This document shows, in pieces, positions 40,055-43,700 of a stretch of 43,700 bases of DNA. The translations under genes were made by a program, and so were the position numbers. Below the pieces are notes generated by a model, which worked only from the letters and a program-made list of their open reading frames with translations, searched no databases and was not told the DNA's origin. The stretch lies in sequence record SRR31156797_8471, one strand, 5' to 3'. Each line of letters begins with the position of its first letter. Position 1 is the stretch's first letter.

Positions 40055-40600
40055 AAGAGGTATTTTTAACCATGTAATCCAGAGTTTGCTTCTTTAATTC
40101 AGTGATGTCATTGATTATCTGAGATGAAGAAAATGGCAGCGATAACATTGATTTGCTGCCAAACCTGAATCAAAAATGCCCCTTTCCAATTTAACGTAAA
40201 TACTCAGTGATGAGTTACTCCACGGACTTTTCGATACTTTTTCTAATATCGCAACATCAAAACAATGGTACCTTCTGAGTCGCTGGCTATTCTGATAGAT
40301 ATTTACTTAGAATTATGGGCCACGCGTTTCCCTCCACGATTAAAAACACTTTTACGTCGACGAAATTTAACCATTAAAGATTAATAGAACCTGGATAACC
40401 GGCCAATGAGGTCACAATTCTCAGAATCTACTCATTTCGTTTGATGGGGTATGAATGATAATTAATAACGTTATACGAGCTATAATGTAAGTAAATATTG
40501 CAAATGCAGAGTCGTATGCAATGAGTTTGTTGAAGTGTTTGAGGCGGGCTAGGTCTTTCGGCGGTAGTTATCCGTTAGCTGTCACTGCTCAAACCGGGAG

Positions 40601-42942
40601 ATGTGTATGAGTTCAACAAATACCAAATCTGGTGCCTCCTCTTGTCATGAAGGAGGATCAGCAACTTCACATCATGCACATGAGACGCACAGTCACTATC
40701 AAGCTGATAACTCAGCTCTACAGGAACTCATCATTGAGGGTGCGGGTTGCGCAAGCTGTGTAGGGAAAATCGAATCAGCGTTAAAGGCAGTGCCCGGAGT
40801 GGATGGCGCTGAGATGAATTTTTCCCAGCGTACGGTAAGTGTGACTGGAACAGCTCAGACAGATACTTTGGTTAAAGCGGTAGAAAAAGCAGGCTACAAG
40901 GCAAAAGTTGCTGTTGCTGAGAGTGAAGATGATGCACTGAACGAAAAAGAGCAGGAAGACTGGGCTTACTACAAACGACTAATGCGTGAAATGACCATCG
41001 CATTGTCACTGGGTGTGCCCTTGATGGTTTACAGTATTATCGTTGGCGAAATGACGGTAAGCACAACAGGCGAGCGTCTTGCCTGGCTGGTTGTTGGGCT
41101 ACTGACCCTTGGAGTCATGGTGTTTTCGGGCAAACACTTTTTCGTAGGAGCCTGGCAGTCCTTTAAAAATCATTCGGCCAATATGGATACCCTGATTGCA
41201 TTGGGTACCGGGACCGCATGGGTTTATTCTATGGTCGTTGTGTTCGTACCTTATGCTATCCCGGAAATGGCTCGCCACGTCTATTTCGAAGCCACGGCCA
41301 TGATTATTGGTTTAATCGATCTGGGGCTGGCACTCGAACTCAAAGCCCGTGGACGCACATCGGAGGCCATTAAGCGTCTAATAGGTCTGCAAGCCAAAAC
41401 TGCCAGAGTTATTCGCGATAATAAAGAGTTGGATGTTGCCATTGAAAAGGTGCTGATGGACGATGTTGTGCGTGTCCGTCCTGGTGAAAAAATTCCTGTT
41501 GATGGTGACGTTATCGAAGGGCATACCGCCATTGATGAGTCGATGTTAACAGGTGAACCTATGCCCGTTGAAAAAAAGTAGGTGATTCTGTCGCGGCGGG
41601 TACCATCAATAAAAGTGGTTCCATTTTGTTTAAAGCAACTCGTGTCGGTAAGGACACAGCATTGGCGCAGATCATTAACATGGTTAAACGGGCGCAGAAT
41701 TCGAAGCCACCAATAGGCCGTTTAGTTGATGTAATATCCGCGTATTTTGTTCCTGTGGTGATGATAATCGCAGTAAGTAGTGCACTGGTTTGGCTCAACT
41801 TTGGTCCGGATCCGGCTGTGGCATTTTCCATCGTATCGGCAACGACAGTACTGATTATCGCCTGCCCCTGTGCGTTAGGTCTTGCAACGCCTATGTCGGT
41901 CATGGTGGGGGTGGGTAAAGCGGCAGAAGTTGGTGTGCTGATTCGCAATGGCGAAGCGTTGCAAACCGCATCGAAGATTTCTGCAATGATTCTTGATAAG
42001 ACCGGCACCATCACCCTGGGCTCACCTAAAGTCACTGATGTATTGGTTGCGGGTGAGCAGAATGAAGACACCATCCTCAAACTGGCGGCAACATTAGAAT
42101 CCGGCTCCGAACATCCATTGGCACTGGCGATTGTAGAATCTGCCCGGGAGAAAAGTATCGAAATGGGGAAGGTTTCCAATTTCAAAGCTATCGCCGGGCA
42201 CGGTGTGCAAGCAGAAGTGAATGGCAAAACACTACTGTTCGGTAATGAAAAATTGATGCGTGAGCATAACATCGAACTCGGTGATTTTATTGAAAAGGCA
42301 CAAGCCCTGGCCATCGAAGCAAAAACCCCGATGTACTTCGCTGTGGGCAACCAACTTTCCTCGATTATTGCGGTGGCTGATCCTATTAAGGAGGATTCAA
42401 TCGCTGCCATCAAACGCTTACAACATAACGGCATCCGCGTCGTCATGTTAACCGGCGACAATCGAGCCACTGCAAAAGCCGTCGCCGATAAAGCGGGCAT
42501 CAAAGAGTTCTTTGCTGAAGTACTGCCGGAAGACAAATCCAAAAAAGTTCAGGAACTACAGATGGAAGGTGAAGTGGTCGGAATGACCGGTGACGGAATC
42601 AATGATGCACCGGCTCTGGCAATTGCTAATGTGGGCTTTGCCATCGGCACGGGTACGGATGTTGCGATTGAGAGTGCTGATATTACCTTAATGCGTGGAT
42701 CACTGCATGGGCTTGCCGATGCCATTGCAGTGAGCAAAGCCACAATGCGAAATATCAAACAGAATCTGTTCGGTGCTTTTATTTACAACGCTGCGGGAGT
42801 GCCTTTTGCAGCGGGTGTGCTGTATCCATTTTTTGGTTTGCTGCTAAGCCCTGTTATAGCCGGTGCTGCGATGGCATTTTCGTCATTAACTGTTGTTACG
42901 AACGCTAACCGCCTGCGGTTGTTTAAATCGCAGGAACATTAA
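40601..42942 (+). pseudogene. copA: Copper-translocating P1B-type ATPase, split by a one-base frameshift (40601-41581 + about 41578-42942)
   Basis: GCASC HMA domain, [32 protein letters not shown] and MAFSS Cu(I) motifs; the frame breaks at GAA AAA AAG TAG (41570-41581), and one extra A restores PVEKKVGDSV. Confidence 0.9.
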
Positions 42943-42953
42943 GGGGAGCAGGT

Positions 42954-43307
42954 ATGTGGTTTATTAATATTGCTGGCATGGTTCTGATCGCGCTCATTAT
43001 TTGGTGGTTTTGGCTTTACAAGCCCAAAGAAGCGGAGATGGGAGACAATGATCTGGTGATTACAGTTGAAAACGGCACCTATTCGCCTTCGCGAATCAAG
43101 TTGCCCGCAGGCGAACCTGTCGAACTTAAATTCCTGCGCAAAGATCAGTCCCCTTGCTCAGAAACTCTGCTCATTCCCGAATTACAAATCAGTGATACCT
43201 TGCCACTCAACAAACTGAAATCCGTCCAGTTGCCTGCACTGAAGTCAGGTGAATACGCCTTTCATTGCCAGATGCAAATGTATCGTGGCCAGATCATAGT
43301 TAGTTAG
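42954..43307 (+). CDS. Membrane-anchored cupredoxin-domain protein (CupA-like)
   Basis: N-terminal TM, YSPSRI, SPCSE, GEYAFHCQMQMYRG copper motif; directly after copA. Confidence 0.88.
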   Translation: MWFINIAGMVLIALIIWWFWLYKPKEAEMGDNDLVITVENGTYSPSRIKLPAGEPVELKFLRKDQSPCSETLLIPELQISDTLPLNKLKSVQLPALKSGEYAFHCQMQMYRGQIIVS

Positions 43308-43388
43308 GGCTGGTTTGTTTTGTTCCGGTAAATAATTTGAGCGCAGTGCGATAGGTGGCGATTTTCAATTTCATTTGTGAGGTGTGAT

Positions 43389-43667
43389 ATGTCAATACAA
43401 AAATCATCATTCTGGTTAACTCCTAAAGGACTGGCGGCGCTGGGGCTTATCGGTGCAGCAACGTATTTCCTACTGACGGAACACCAGCAGCATGTCTGGC
43501 AGTTTTTGCCGTACCTGATTGTCTTAGCGTGCCCCTTTATGCATCTATTTATGCATCATGGTGGGCATGGTGGGGACCATCGGCACGAAGGTAAGTCTGA
43601 TCAAGATGCTAATCAACGTGGACTAGATGATGGACACAGGGACAACGATCATCGGCATCACCATTGA
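43389..43667 (+). CDS. DUF2933-like small membrane protein of copper clusters
   Basis: EHQQH...LPYLIVLACPFMHLFMHHGGHGG signature, His-rich tail; start at MSIQK behind GAGG. Confidence 0.82.
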   Translation: MSIQKSSFWLTPKGLAALGLIGAATYFLLTEHQQHVWQFLPYLIVLACPFMHLFMHHGGHGGDHRHEGKSDQDANQRGLDDGHRDNDHRHHH

Positions 43668-43700
43668 AACGATTTAGAACGGGAGAACGATAAATGCACG

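Larger units (their letters stand above)
35055..43700. mobile_element. Probable Tn7-like transposon/island, extending beyond the window
   Basis: Tn7-type end, tniQ-family gene pointing toward that end, AT-rich cargo, Tn3 remnant and copper genes; tnsABC and the opposite end are not visible. Confidence 0.6.

Noticed and set aside
40176-40460. Short broken reading frames that might be a decayed gene
   Set aside because: No recognisable family; cannot be supported without BLASTX.
40538-40595. GTTTGAG...GTTAGC...CTCAAAC imperfect hairpin before copA, considered as an integron attC site or riboswitch
   Set aside because: No matching R''/L boxes or VCR similarity and no recognisable riboswitch core.
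41559-42542. 327-aa antisense ORF
   Set aside because: Shadow of copA on the opposite strand; typical of P-type ATPase genes, with no independent motifs.
43694-43700. ATG with GGGAG RBS at the window edge, probably the next copper-cluster gene
   Set aside because: Only two codons are visible, so no call is possible.

Overview
A Vibrio-type chromosome I segment with three parts. (1) Core region, 1-17300: Spot 42, polA, RyhB, a GNAT, hemB, tatD, an inserted octaheme cytochrome c + cytochrome b pair, tatCBA, ubiB-ubiJ-ubiE, rmuC, a DMT transporter and an HDOD protein. (2) Accessory metabolic block, 17400-34960: a full L-arabinose locus (araBDA-orf-araC divergent from araFGH), a ytfQRT-yjfF sugar-furanose ABC transporter with the same AraC/CRP promoter architecture, cis/trans fatty-acid isomerase and a PilZ protein. 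(3) From 35055 to the window end, a probable Tn7-like element. It starts with a recognisable TGT/TnsB-site end and carries a small ORF, a coupled NA37/YejK-like + RelA/SpoT-type synthetase pair (candidate defence/toxin system), a TniQ protein fused to an apparently catalytically dead tyrosine-recombinase domain (candidate target selector), a Tn3 transposase stub and a copper cluster whose copA is split at an A_AAA_AAG-stop site. All calls are by eye from sequence and motif recognition; no database searches were run, and tnsABC and the second transposon end are not in the window.
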